From Candidatus Latescibacterota bacterium (GTDB lineage Bacteria > Latescibacterota > UBA2968 > UBA8231): a stretch of 64,000 nucleotides of DNA. The notes under the pieces are model-generated. The model was not told the origin of the DNA and made no database searches. It saw only the letters and a list, made by a program, of their open reading frames with translations. The position numbers and the translations under genes are program-made. Below are positions 10,301-19,568 of this stretch, in pieces. The first letter of the stretch is position 1; each line of letters begins with the position of its first letter. The stretch is taken from positions 960,001 through 1,024,000 of the forward strand of contig CBDCSU010000006.1 of assembly GCA_965221775.1 (NCBI GenBank). Reading direction: 5' to 3'.

Positions 10301-11446
10301 GCCCGCTACCACCTCGACTACGCCGACGGCACGACCCGCCGCCTCGACCTGACCAACCTGGAGGACTACGAGAACGTCTTCCAGTGGGGTTTCGCCCGGC
10401 GCGCTCTCTTCGCCCGCAACTGGAAGGTGCAGGGCCGCTGGGACGGAGGCGCGCCGATCCTGAACACCTACCCCATCGAGTGCGAGGCGAAGCCCCTCGA
10501 GGAGCTGGTCATCGAGGACGCCGGCGAGGGCATCGGCTTCATGATCCTGGCGGTCACCGCCGAGGTCGCCGGTGCGGTGACGGAAGAGCCGGTCCTCGAC
10601 GTCTCCTTCACCGCGCCGGGCGCATCGCAGGGCCTCTGGCGGGAAGGGTCGGCCTCCGGCTGGCTGGAGATCGCGGGCGAGCTCACGGAGAGGGGCGGAG
10701 TCGTCTCGGACGGCGCGGCGACCTTGCGGACGGCCCTGGATGACGGCCGCTACGAGGTCGAGCTGGAGCTGGCCGGCGTCGGCTGGAGCGGGCCGTTCAA
10801 CGTCCGGGCGGACGGGCGCATGGCCGCTCGCGGCTACGTCGCCAGCAGCGGCTCCATCCCCGGCGTCACCAGCCGGCCCGAGCGCATCCGCTTCCCGGTG
10901 AGCGTCACCGGCGGCAGGCTGGACCTCACCCTCGAGGCGGACCGAACCGTGGGCAACTGGTGGCACCCCAGCAGGCTGAGGGGAGAAGCCTGGCGCCTGA
11001 CGCGGATGCGCGTATTCCCTTCGCAGCAGCAGCCCCCCGCGCCGCGGCGGGAGATCACCTATGGCTGGCTCGATGCGGACATGACCGCCGTGCCGCTGCC
11101 GCCGGACGAGGTCGGGAGCCTGCGCGACGCCCGCCTTCACACCTGCATCCGCAGCAAGTCCCCGGGAGGCACCTTCCGCGCCGACCTCCCGGCGGGCGAC
11201 TACGAAGCGGAGCTGATCTTCGCGCTCCGCGGCGCCGGCACCCGCGAGGGCCCGGTGAAGATGGACGTGTCGGTGCAAGGCAGACCCGTCCTTACCGGCT
11301 TCGACGGCGGCTCGTTCGATCAGCCGGTGGTGCGGACCTGCCCGGTGCGCATCGAGCCCGGAGGCCACCTGGAGGTCCAGCTCGAGAGCGCGGGCGGCGA
11401 CAACGAGTGGGGGATCAGCGCCCTCGTGGTCCGCCCGGCGGAGTGA
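7322..11446 (+). CDS. Large YetA/exo-rhamnogalacturonan-lyase-like protein with C-terminal beta-sandwich (CBM/malectin-like) domains; true start uncertain
   Basis: 1374 aa; VTSGVPLRQG and WPDGSVKWLLLDF N-terminal domain; DWGD and HVMDVD motifs. An in-frame signal-peptide-like stretch lies upstream of the GTG (see findings). Confidence 0.75.
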   Translation: MSAAETVVSLRVPELAGADREEIVTSGVPLRQGALTDETRSRLLDEAGQEVPFAGTVLARWPDGSVKWLLLDFRAAVASRETARFTLECGVPSSSQITGPRVLVREGGRSIDVTTGPLRFRVSRERYTFLDGVWLDGDADGVLSPSESLLVPGAGGSRLEVETTPPGPPQEENWLLDAAGGPRQGYDAVATEARVEFANPLRAVVLVRGEYRDEAGGSIGPFWTRYTAWAGDTAIGVEHFFAFDADVETAFLRSLSLGLRFAGGDRLRTSFGLGQGETAAPDPSLAETALVQVMPDRLYHLVPLSLDRRVRYQVVGQGADGVDQVLEEGVEAAGWVRMEGGRGTATIALRDFPRLHPKEIRVQPDQGALRYYLWPERGGKVLDLRRRYKGQRVEDHYDTGEYGPAGRGFGKTHQLLIDFSATPPNDAEASALARRADEPLRAFCTPGHYASCDVWNRFHPVDTERFPQTEAMIRLGLEWALRLPRTFHWDGLVDWGDTFFHAYEGAPHNQVAEVPATSWVVRGYDGWFNNDCNVAHDIMLLFLRSADDRIYQYWERMVQHVMDVDTIHAADDSTQVGGGRRHDQQHWGASYTGYGTAAVEAGELYYLTGSLWAKEMLVKYADWYMVGGGAEWETRLPCLVLAWEATGDDRYMRYIERPGMREDVYGLAMGMHGSIDNPHFRTNGVEVGVDFLYRATGDAQWLDHLTTAARRMIEVNPGNRYGRSLLAKAWLATGDREVLDWLRRLLVVGDPYGRAGLAEFFRQHEIPDDLGRLSFEELAELFKRSPMEGVRGFIYTYRYYPYVMAALAEAGLDEGRMELVDFALDRRGMGQYHLRGPDVPTPAKAHYEPVSLAAVANTDPLADPFDRYADWQRHPLRPGEIGFDFGERQASSGGECEPGYLPVRTATAYPYRAPLPRSAEHDGTNLIGLPFGATWQINSIPFALPDPASAAEGRTMLVVGKGERIAIPIGRTVRRLYVLGHVIRDRSSWKETGARYHLDYADGTTRRLDLTNLEDYENVFQWGFARRALFARNWKVQGRWDGGAPILNTYPIECEAKPLEELVIEDAGEGIGFMILAVTAEVAGAVTEEPVLDVSFTAPGASQGLWREGSASGWLEIAGELTERGGVVSDGAATLRTALDDGRYEVELELAGVGWSGPFNVRADGRMAARGYVASSGSIPGVTSRPERIRFPVSVTGGRLDLTLEADRTVGNWWHPSRLRGEAWRLTRMRVFPSQQQPPAPRREITYGWLDADMTAVPLPPDEVGSLRDARLHTCIRSKSPGGTFRADLPAGDYEAELIFALRGAGTREGPVKMDVSVQGRPVLTGFDGGSFDQPVVRTCPVRIEPGGHLEVQLESAGGDNEWGISALVVRPAE

Positions 11447-11453
11447 GCAGCGG

Positions 11454-12788
11454 GTGGGCGCAAAGCACCTCTTCGTCGACGATGAAGTGATCGCCCGCAG
11501 GGAGGGCGTCGCACGCCGGACCCATCCCTGCCGCAAGCTGCCGCGGCCCGTCATCGCGGGCCGGGAATCCTGGCAGACGCCCTACGGCGACGAGCGCGTC
11601 TACATCTACGGCACGGTCCTGCCCGCCGGGGACGGCGACACCCTCAGAATGTGGTACATGCGTTGGCCGGACCGGGTCCTCTACGCCGAATCGGAGGACG
11701 GAGTCTCCTGGCGCCGGCCGCAGCTCGGCAGGAACAACGTCCTCCCCATCCGCCTCCACAGCCCCAGCGTCATCCACGACCCGGCGGACCCCGACCCCGA
11801 GCGCCGCTACAAGATGCTCGGCGTCTCCCTCTCGCCCGAGAGCCGCGGCTACTGCGCGGCCCATTCCGCCGACGGCCTGAGCTGGCAGCTCTACCCCACC
11901 AACCCCGTCCTGCCCGGCGGCGACACCTGCAGCCTGGCCCGGGACCCCGTTACCGGCGACTACCTCGCCTTCCACAAGCGCTACGGCATCCACCGGGGCC
12001 GCAGACGCCGCCTGGTCTACCTGTCAGCGAGCCCCGACATGCACAGCTGGTCGGAGGCCGACCTCGTCATGGCCCCGGACGAGATCGACGACGCTCGGAC
12101 ACGGGCGGAGGGCGGTCTGTTCTCGCAGTTCTACCACATGTCGGTCATTCCATACGGCGGGATGTGGCTGGGCCTCGTCACCCACTTCCGGCACACGGGC
12201 CCACCTGTGGAGAAGGGTCCGGAGCAGAGCAGGGACGACGGCCCCATCGACGTGCAACTGGTGCACAGCCGCGACGGCCGAACCTGGTCCCGGTGCCAAG
12301 ACCGGTCGCCCGTCATCGCGAACGGCCCCCACGACTACGACGCCGGCTGCATACTCGGGGTCGCCAACGGGCCCATCCTGGCGGAGAACGAGGTCCGTCT
12401 CTACTACACGGGCATCACCACGACTCACGGGGGATTCGTGCCGCGGAAGAAGATCACCATCGCCCGCGCCGCCTGGCGGCTGGACGGCTGGGTCTCCCTC
12501 GACGCCGGGGAGACGCCGGGCATCGTGGAGACCACCTCCCTGTCCGCGGAGGGTCAGCGCCTGATCGTCAACGCCGATGCCGCAAGGGGGGAGCTGAGGG
12601 CCGAGGTCCTGGGCCCGTCAGGCGCCCCGGTCCCCGGCCACGGCCTCAACGAGTGCCGCCCGGTCACCGGGGATGGAGTGCATCAGACCGTCCGTTGGAA
12701 GGCGCGCGGCGCCCTGCCCTCGTGCGGAGCGGTCCGCATCCGCTTCCAGCTCAGGAACGCCAGCCTCTACAGCTTCACCATCGAGTAA
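11454..12788 (+). CDS. GH32/GH43-like beta-propeller protein
   Basis: HLFVDD, YAESEDGVSW, HSADGLSW, HSRDGRTW, WRLDGWVSL, LYSF; paralog of 858..2342. Confidence 0.8.
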   Translation: MGAKHLFVDDEVIARREGVARRTHPCRKLPRPVIAGRESWQTPYGDERVYIYGTVLPAGDGDTLRMWYMRWPDRVLYAESEDGVSWRRPQLGRNNVLPIRLHSPSVIHDPADPDPERRYKMLGVSLSPESRGYCAAHSADGLSWQLYPTNPVLPGGDTCSLARDPVTGDYLAFHKRYGIHRGRRRRLVYLSASPDMHSWSEADLVMAPDEIDDARTRAEGGLFSQFYHMSVIPYGGMWLGLVTHFRHTGPPVEKGPEQSRDDGPIDVQLVHSRDGRTWSRCQDRSPVIANGPHDYDAGCILGVANGPILAENEVRLYYTGITTTHGGFVPRKKITIARAAWRLDGWVSLDAGETPGIVETTSLSAEGQRLIVNADAARGELRAEVLGPSGAPVPGHGLNECRPVTGDGVHQTVRWKARGALPSCGAVRIRFQLRNASLYSFTIE

Positions 12789-12828
12789 CCGCGCCGGATC
12801 GCCCGGGCTCGCGCGAGCGCGGCTCCCC

Positions 12829-13899
12829 TCACTTCACCACCACCTGGTTCACCTTGATGCGCCGGGCCTTCCCCTCCGGCCCCTCCACGTCCAGGATGAC
12901 CACGAACTCGCCGGGCTCCTCGTACTGGTGAATCGGGTGCTGCTCGGCGGAGGAGGTGCTGTCGCCGAAGTCCCACGACCACGACGTGATCTGCCCCCGC
13001 GACCGGTCGGTGAAGGCGATGAGCCGGCGGTCCATGTCGATGACCTGGAAGGAGTACTCCGCCTCCAGCGGCTTGAGGTACTCCGGCTCGAGCGGCATCA
13101 GGCGGAAGGCGCACAGGCTCGAAGCGTCGCAGTACATGCTCGTCTCGTGCGACAGGTTCCAGAACCCCTCGTACTCCTCGGTGTTCTCGTCGAAGTCGAG
13201 GACCGACCACGACAGGGCGATCAGGCCGTTCTCCTCCAGGCGGGAGACGGCGGCCCTCTCCGGGCCGTCGTACGGGGCGTAGTCGAAAGGCGTGATCCAG
13301 AACTCCAGCACGAGGTGGCCGCTCTCCCCCTCTTCGAAATCGTACGAGTACGCGTGGTTGGCCCAGGGCAGCCGGCCGATCCACGGCTGGCACCCCCAGA
13401 CGAAAGCCCAGTCCCGCCCTTCTCCGGCGGGCGTGAAGATGTGGTAGTTCTGGGCATGCACCCCCTTGAACAGGAAGTGGCTCTCCCAGGGATTGTCGAT
13501 CTGGGGATTGACGATGTTCGGCCCCCCGGACCGGTCCGCGTCGACGGCGACCTCGAACAGGTCTCCGTACTTGTAGTACATGTTCCAGTAGTCGTCGTAC
13601 GCCTCGTAGAGGAAGTAGAGGCGGTTCAGCCCCTCCACCCAACCGACGCGCACGGTGACGTCCAGGTCCTCGCGGTTGTAGTTGGTGAAGTTCCCCCTCA
13701 CCGTGTCGGAGAGCTCGTCCACACCGTACGCGTAGCTGTCGGGCACCATGTCCCAGTCGCCGGTCTCGCCGTCGATGCGGGGGATCATGTCGGGTGGAAA
13801 CTGGAAGATCTTGAACTCCCTGTCGGTGCGCTCCAGAGGCTGGGAGGGTGAAACCCCCAGCAGCACGGCGGCTGCGATGGCTGCTGCCTGCTTGATCAA
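12829..13899 (-). CDS. Secreted CBM9-like protein with C-terminal PKD domain
   Basis: TTG at 13899 overlaps the upstream stop (TTGA); signal peptide; PRIDGETGDW; PKD motif WSWDFGD...HQYEEPGEFVVIL. Homologous to 5134..6036. Confidence 0.8.
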   Translation of the reverse strand: MIKQAAAIAAAVLLGVSPSQPLERTDREFKIFQFPPDMIPRIDGETGDWDMVPDSYAYGVDELSDTVRGNFTNYNREDLDVTVRVGWVEGLNRLYFLYEAYDDYWNMYYKYGDLFEVAVDADRSGGPNIVNPQIDNPWESHFLFKGVHAQNYHIFTPAGEGRDWAFVWGCQPWIGRLPWANHAYSYDFEEGESGHLVLEFWITPFDYAPYDGPERAAVSRLEENGLIALSWSVLDFDENTEEYEGFWNLSHETSMYCDASSLCAFRLMPLEPEYLKPLEAEYSFQVIDMDRRLIAFTDRSRGQITSWSWDFGDSTSSAEQHPIHQYEEPGEFVVILDVEGPEGKARRIKVNQVVVK

Positions 13900-15800
13900 G
13901 TGCGGCCCCCTTTCACTTTGCCATCGAGGTTGTGCCTCTCTTCTCTCAGCTGCTTGCGGACCTGGTTGTAGCGGGCGAAGACCTGGCGATAGTCGACGAG
14001 CCGGGCGTCCGACAGGCTGAGTCTCGGGGACGCGGTCTCGTACCACTGCCGCGCCTCGGGGACGAACAAGTGCATGAGCAGGAGGTTCATGGTCCTCATG
14101 TAGCGCCCGGCCCCCATGCGCACCCCCTCGATGGGCCAGCCGGGAATCCCCAGGGTCGTCGTCAGCAACCGGTCGTACAGGTCCTTCCGGGCCTGGCGGC
14201 TGGTGGTCTCGCCCTCCAGGCCGTAGTGCGCCATGATCCGGCCCTGGTAGCGGGCGAAGTGATCGGCCCGGCAGTAGATCTGGGTCTGGAAGTTCGTGTA
14301 GATCAGGACCCAGTCGAGCTCCTTCAGAGCCAGGCGCAGGCGCACCGTGTACCGGCTGATGGGAACGAAGCAGACCTCCACATCGTACTTCTCCAGTAGC
14401 TGCTCAAAGCCCCTCCCAACCGACTCGATGGTGTGATGGTCGCGATTGACCTCGTCCAGGTAGTGCTCCATACGGCCATCGATGAACGTCTTCATCCTGG
14501 GACTGAGGCCGAAACTCAAGGCCCCCCCAAGGTGGTACGGATTGAAGACCCGGCCCTCGAGTTGGAGCTCTCTCAGGAACTGAATCGCCTCCCAGTGGTA
14601 CTTCACCTCATCGACATCCTGGTCGAGGTACCGGGCGCGCTGCTCCGCGGTATGCCAGGGATGGCGGTACCTCGCCGTTCCCGGATGCTGGAAGTGCAGC
14701 CACACCGCCAGGGCCCACACCACACTCGCCGCCACCTGGGGCCACCGCCGCCCCCGGGCCTGGCTTCTCCCGGGGAGGAGCACGATGGCGCCGAGAACGA
14801 GAGGCGCCATCCAGAAGAAGCGCACGGCGAAGAGCATCAACACCGCCGCCCCCACTCCCCAGCAGGCCCGGATCAGCTCTTCCCTGCCCGGGGCATCCAC
14901 GCCCAGGCGCCGGGCGCTGCGAATCCCCTGCCCCAGGCGGAAGAGGAGGAGGATCAGCAACAGCAGGAACCCCGCCACCAGGACCGGCGAGGAGAGGGGC
15001 AGGAAGTTGGTGACACCGAAGGGATTCCAGTGGCCCCACTCATCGAGGACCTGCGTGTAGTCGTAGACCTGGATATCCGGGTCGTGGGACTGGCTCAGCC
15101 AGTAGAAGACGTAGAGCTTCCAGCCCATGGGGTTCACCATGACGGCCCCCAGGCTGAGCGCGAGAGTGGCCGCATGTCCCGGGAGGTCGGCCTCCGCGAA
15201 CCTCCGCGGAAAGCACCAGAAGACCAGGAGTACCAACCAGAAGGGAAAGATGATCAGGGCTACGGAATGCAGGTTCGCCCACAGGATCATCGTGGCCGCG
15301 CAGACCAGGCGAGGGCCCCAGCCGATCCGGTCCCTGTGCCGCCACAAGTACCCCAGCAGGAGGAAGAAGAAGATCACAGTCACCAGGTGGGGACGCAGCT
15401 GAATCAGCCGCTGGTAGGCGAAGAGGACCAGCACGCCGGAAGCCAACCAGGGGAAGTGGGCCGTCCCGCCCATGCCCCGCGCCCAGTACCACACCGCCCC
15501 GCAGGCCAGGAGGGCCAGCAGGGCGGTCAGTCCTCTCACACCAGCCATGCCCCACTGGGAGTGGACCAGGTGGAGCCCCACCTGGAAGAGCCACTCGTGG
15601 TAGAAGGGGTAGGTGTCCTCGGGGCTGGTGAACAGGAAGGGGTCCGCGGCGGGGAACTCCTTCCCCTGCCACAGGATCTCCCCCAGCTTGAGATGCCAGA
15701 AGACGTCATCGGTGCGGACCGGCTGCAGGCAGGTGACCAGCAAGTAGAACAGGCCGATGGCCGCGGCGGCGATGAGACCGCCCATCTCCCAACGGATCAT
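13896..15800 (-). CDS. Multi-pass membrane protein, putative GT-C-fold glycosyltransferase
   Basis: DDVFWHLKLGE in the first external loop, HEWLFQ, QLRPH, WANLH, FIDGR; many TM segments; lies directly after the GT2. Confidence 0.65.
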   Translation of the reverse strand: MIRWEMGGLIAAAAIGLFYLLVTCLQPVRTDDVFWHLKLGEILWQGKEFPAADPFLFTSPEDTYPFYHEWLFQVGLHLVHSQWGMAGVRGLTALLALLACGAVWYWARGMGGTAHFPWLASGVLVLFAYQRLIQLRPHLVTVIFFFLLLGYLWRHRDRIGWGPRLVCAATMILWANLHSVALIIFPFWLVLLVFWCFPRRFAEADLPGHAATLALSLGAVMVNPMGWKLYVFYWLSQSHDPDIQVYDYTQVLDEWGHWNPFGVTNFLPLSSPVLVAGFLLLLILLLFRLGQGIRSARRLGVDAPGREELIRACWGVGAAVLMLFAVRFFWMAPLVLGAIVLLPGRSQARGRRWPQVAASVVWALAVWLHFQHPGTARYRHPWHTAEQRARYLDQDVDEVKYHWEAIQFLRELQLEGRVFNPYHLGGALSFGLSPRMKTFIDGRMEHYLDEVNRDHHTIESVGRGFEQLLEKYDVEVCFVPISRYTVRLRLALKELDWVLIYTNFQTQIYCRADHFARYQGRIMAHYGLEGETTSRQARKDLYDRLLTTTLGIPGWPIEGVRMGAGRYMRTMNLLLMHLFVPEARQWYETASPRLSLSDARLVDYRQVFARYNQVRKQLREERHNLDGKVKGGRT

Positions 15801-15807
15801 GTTGTCT

Positions 15808-16512
15808 CTAGGGGCCATCCTGGCCCGCGGCATCTCGCGAGAGCCTGTCCCTGGCGATGGTGAAGAGGGCCCGGAGGCCGTCGCGGGCGCGGATCTTCTT
15901 GCCTTCCTCGAAGGACCGCGGGGTGTAGGCGATGGGGATCTCGCCGATGCGGCAACCGCGCCTGGCGAGCTTGTTCGTCAGCTCGAAGTCCAGGTCGAAC
16001 CCGTTCCCCTTCAGATCGAGGCTCCGGAAGACGTCGGTGCGAACCATCTTGGAGGCGGTGGCCACATCGGTCAGGCGGCACCCGAAGGCGGCATTGGTGA
16101 GACTGGTGAGCAGGCGGACACCCCAGTAGTAGTGCTCATACAGGGCCGGATGCCCGCCCAGGACCCTGGACCCGTACGCCGCGTCCCACCCCTGTGACTC
16201 GATCGCCTGCAGGAGGACCGGCAGGCTGGCGGGATCGTACTCGAGGTCCGCGTCCTGAATGACGGTCCAGGTTCCGCGGCAATAGGGCAGAGCCGTGCGG
16301 ATGGAGTGGCCCTTGCCCAGGTTCCGCTCCTGCAGGATCACTCGAAGGCCATCGGCCTCCATCGACTCGACGTACTCGCGGGTGCCGTCGTCGGAGCAGT
16401 TGTCCACCACGATCAGCTCTTTCGCAAGGTCGAGGGCCAGCACTCCCTCGACGGCGGCCTCGATCGTCTCCCTCTCGTTGCAGGCCGCCATGATGACGGA
16501 GAGCTTCAACAC
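15808..16512 (-). CDS. GT2 glycosyltransferase, polyprenol-phosphate (DPM1-like)
   Basis: LSVIMAACNE, VVDNCSDDGT, NLGKG, IQDADLEYDP, YGSR, EGKKI; RBS GGAGG. Confidence 0.9.
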   Translation of the reverse strand: MLKLSVIMAACNERETIEAAVEGVLALDLAKELIVVDNCSDDGTREYVESMEADGLRVILQERNLGKGHSIRTALPYCRGTWTVIQDADLEYDPASLPVLLQAIESQGWDAAYGSRVLGGHPALYEHYYWGVRLLTSLTNAAFGCRLTDVATASKMVRTDVFRSLDLKGNGFDLDFELTNKLARRGCRIGEIPIAYTPRSFEEGKKIRARDGLRALFTIARDRLSRDAAGQDGP

Positions 16513-16534
16513 CGGCGGGCCTCCGGGAGCGGTT

Positions 16535-17851
16535 TCAGAAACGCGAGCAGAACTGCTCGAGGCTGTCGATCAGGTGCGCCGTCATGGCCTCATCGATCCC
16601 CGGGTACACGCCCAGCCAGAAGGACCGCTCCATCGCCGCATCCGAGTTCGACAGCGGACCGGCCACGCGGTAAGGCAGGCCCGTGTAGGCGGGCTGACGG
16701 GTGAGGTTCCCCCCGAAGAGGGCCCGGGTGCCGATGCCGCGGTCCGTCAGGTAGGCGATGAGCGCCTTGCGCTCGAAGGGCGCCGACTCGCGAAGGGTGA
16801 GAGGAAACCCGAACCAGCTCGGCTCCGCCTTCTCCAGCCACGACGGCAGGATGAAGAGCTCCTCCAGGGACTGCAGCTCCCCATGCAGGCGGTCGAAGGT
16901 CCGCCTGCGCCTGTCGATGAAGGCGGGAAGCTTCTGCAGTTGCGCCACCCCCACGGCGGCCTGCATGTCCGTGAGCTTGAGGTTGTAGCCCACGTGCGAG
17001 TAGATGTACTTGTGATCGTAGCCCGCCGGCAGTTCGCCGAGCTGCCAGTCGAACCGGCGGCCGCAGGTGTTCTGCTCGCCGGGGTCGCACCAGCAGTCGC
17101 GGCCCCAGTCGCGGTAGGACTCGACGATCCGGTTCAGCTCGGAGGAGCCGGTGAGGACGCAGCCCCCTTCCCCCATCGTGAGGTGGTGGGCGGGGTAGAA
17201 GCTCACCGTTGCGAGGCTCCCGAAGGTGCCCACGTGCCGGCCGCCGAAGCGGGAGCCCACGGCATCGCAGCAGTCCTCGATGAGCACGAGATCGTGCCGG
17301 GCGGCGACCTCGCACACCGAGTCCAGATCGAAGGGGTTGCCGAGAGTGTGGGCGAGGAAGACGGCCCGGGTCTTCGGGCCGACGGCATCGGCCAGCGCCT
17401 CGACGGAAATGTTGTAGGTCCCGAGATCGATGTCGACGAAGACGGGTACGAGACCTGTCTGGAAGATGGGGTTCACCGTGGTCGGGAAGCCCGCGGCCAC
17501 CGTGACCACCTCGTCGCCGGGACGAAGCCGTCTGTCGCCGAGCTTCGGGGAGGTGAGGCAGGACAGGGCCAGCAGGTTCGCCGAGGAGCCGGAGTTGCAG
17601 AGGCTGGCGTGCCGCAGGCCCCAGAAACGGGAGAACTCCCGCTCGAACTGCTCCGCGAAGCGGCCCGAGGTGAGCCAGAAGTCGAGGGCCGCATCGGTCA
17701 GGTGCACCAGCTCCTCGGCGTCGAAGACGCGCCCGGAGACGGGGACCGGGCCCGAGCCCGGCTCGAAGGGCTCGGAGGGAAAGGCGGCGCCGTGATACTG
17801 GCGCACGAGATCCAGGATCTGCCGGCGAAGCTCGTCGGACTCTCGGCTCAT
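16535..17851 (-). CDS. rfbH: CDP-4-keto-6-deoxy-D-glucose 3-dehydratase (RfbH/DdhC)
   Basis: [39 protein letters not shown] (His in place of the PLP Lys), [12 protein letters not shown] Fe-S motif, YDHKY; ATGA overlap with the upstream gene. Confidence 0.92.
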   Translation of the reverse strand: MSRESDELRRQILDLVRQYHGAAFPSEPFEPGSGPVPVSGRVFDAEELVHLTDAALDFWLTSGRFAEQFEREFSRFWGLRHASLCNSGSSANLLALSCLTSPKLGDRRLRPGDEVVTVAAGFPTTVNPIFQTGLVPVFVDIDLGTYNISVEALADAVGPKTRAVFLAHTLGNPFDLDSVCEVAARHDLVLIEDCCDAVGSRFGGRHVGTFGSLATVSFYPAHHLTMGEGGCVLTGSSELNRIVESYRDWGRDCWCDPGEQNTCGRRFDWQLGELPAGYDHKYIYSHVGYNLKLTDMQAAVGVAQLQKLPAFIDRRRRTFDRLHGELQSLEELFILPSWLEKAEPSWFGFPLTLRESAPFERKALIAYLTDRGIGTRALFGGNLTRQPAYTGLPYRVAGPLSNSDAAMERSFWLGVYPGIDEAMTAHLIDSLEQFCSRF

Positions 17852-18867
17852 GCAGATCTCACGGAGTTTCGCTGGAGGTGCGTCCGGTACCACTCGATCG
17901 TGGGCGGCAGCCCCGAGTCCAGGTCGTACCGGGGGTTCCACTGAAGCAGTGACCGCGCCTTCTCGGCGGAGAGATACTGGGCGGGGATCTCGCCTTCGGC
18001 CGTGGCGCGGACTTCCGGTTCCAGATGCTCGCAGCCCATGAGGGACCGCAGCTTGTCGACGATATCGAGCACGGTGGACTGCGACTCCGTGCTGAAGTTG
18101 AACGCCTCTCCGCCGATGGAACCGTCGTGGAGCGCCTCGGCGAGTCTGATGTACGCGCTGACCACGTCCTCGACGTAGATGTAGTCCCGGATGTGGCTGC
18201 CGTCGCTGCGGACGACCGGGCGCTGGCCACGTTCGAGGGCCGCGATCGTGCCCGGAATCAACCGGCTCCAGTTGAGATCGCCGCCTCCGTAGACGTTGCC
18301 GCAACGGGCCACGGCGACCCGCAGTCCGAAGGCGTGGTGATAGCACTGCGCGAGCAGGTCGGCGCACGCCTTCGAGACCTCGTACGGCTGCCGCCCGGCC
18401 AGCGGCATCTCCTCGGTGTAAGGCAGCCTCCGGCTCTCTCCGTACGCCTTGTCGCTCGACGCGACGACGACTTCGCTGACCACGTCACCGAACCGGCGGC
18501 ACGTATCCAGGAGAGTCCACGTCCCTCGTATGTTCGTCTCGAAGGTGGCCACCGGGTTGGCCCGGGCCTCCGGGACGATCGCCTGGGCGGCGAGGTGGAA
18601 GACGGTCTGCGCTCCATGCCCGGTCACCGAGCGGGCCAGGGCGCTGGAGTCTTCGACCGAGCCGCTGACAAGCCTGAGCCGATCGAGGAGGCCGGACTCG
18701 TACAGCTGAGACCGGGGATCGGCGGCCACGTCCAGTGCCGTCACATCGGCTCCCAGCCCCAGGAGCCGCTCCACAAGCCGGCAGCCTATGAAGCCCGCGG
18801 CCCCCGTGACCAGGACACGGCGGCCTGGCCAAAGCTCGGCCTTCGTGCTCTCCACGGCCGAGGTCAC
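17848..18867 (-). CDS. rfbG: CDP-glucose 4,6-dehydratase-like NAD-dependent epimerase/dehydratase
   Basis: [42 protein letters not shown]; sits between rfbF and rfbH. Confidence 0.8.
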   Translation of the reverse strand: MTSAVESTKAELWPGRRVLVTGAAGFIGCRLVERLLGLGADVTALDVAADPRSQLYESGLLDRLRLVSGSVEDSSALARSVTGHGAQTVFHLAAQAIVPEARANPVATFETNIRGTWTLLDTCRRFGDVVSEVVVASSDKAYGESRRLPYTEEMPLAGRQPYEVSKACADLLAQCYHHAFGLRVAVARCGNVYGGGDLNWSRLIPGTIAALERGQRPVVRSDGSHIRDYIYVEDVVSAYIRLAEALHDGSIGGEAFNFSTESQSTVLDIVDKLRSLMGCEHLEPEVRATAEGEIPAQYLSAEKARSLLQWNPRYDLDSGLPPTIEWYRTHLQRNSVRSA

Positions 18868-19568
18868 CAGATCTTCCAGGGCGCGTTCCCTGCGGCCCAC
18901 TGCTCCTCCAGACTCACCACGTCCCGCAGCGTGTCCATGCACTGCCAGAAGCCCTCGTGCCTGTACGCCCGCAGTTGTCCATCCTGCGCGAGCCGGGTCA
19001 TCGGCTCGCGCTCGAAGATGATCTCGTCGCCGGAGATGTAGTCGAGGACACCGGGATCGAGGACGAAGAACCCGCCGTTGATCCACCCGGCATCGAGCTG
19101 CGACTTCTCGCGGAAGTCGCGTACCAGATCGCCTTCGAGCTCCAGGCGACCGAAACGGGAGGGCGGGTGGACGGCCGTTACGGTGGCGAGACCGCCGTGG
19201 GATCCGTGGAAGGCGGCGAGGCGGGGGATGTCGACATCTCCGACCCCGTCGCCATAGGTCAGCATGAAGGTCTCTTCGCCGATCCAGTCAGCGAGCCGTC
19301 GGATCCTTCCTCCGGACTCGACATCCTGACCGGTATCGACGGGGTGGACGATCCAGTCCTCGCCGCAGTCTCTGCTGAAGAAGTCCTCGATGACTTCCCC
19401 CTTGTAGCCGAGGGCGATGACGAACTCCCGGAAGCCGTGGGCCTGGTAGATCTTCATGATATGGCAGAGAATCGGCTGGCCGCCGATCTCGACCATCGGC
19501 TTCGGCCTGACCGCGGTCTCCTCCTGGAGCCTGGTGCCCATGCCGCCCGCCAGGATCACCACCTTCAC
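18864..19568 (-). CDS. rfbF: Glucose-1-phosphate cytidylyltransferase
   Basis: MKVVILAGGMGTRLQEET..RPKPMVEIG, FMLTYGDGV, WINGGFFV, GFWQCMDTLRD, APWKIW; GTGA overlap. Confidence 0.92.
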   Translation of the reverse strand: MKVVILAGGMGTRLQEETAVRPKPMVEIGGQPILCHIMKIYQAHGFREFVIALGYKGEVIEDFFSRDCGEDWIVHPVDTGQDVESGGRIRRLADWIGEETFMLTYGDGVGDVDIPRLAAFHGSHGGLATVTAVHPPSRFGRLELEGDLVRDFREKSQLDAGWINGGFFVLDPGVLDYISGDEIIFEREPMTRLAQDGQLRAYRHEGFWQCMDTLRDVVSLEEQWAAGNAPWKIW

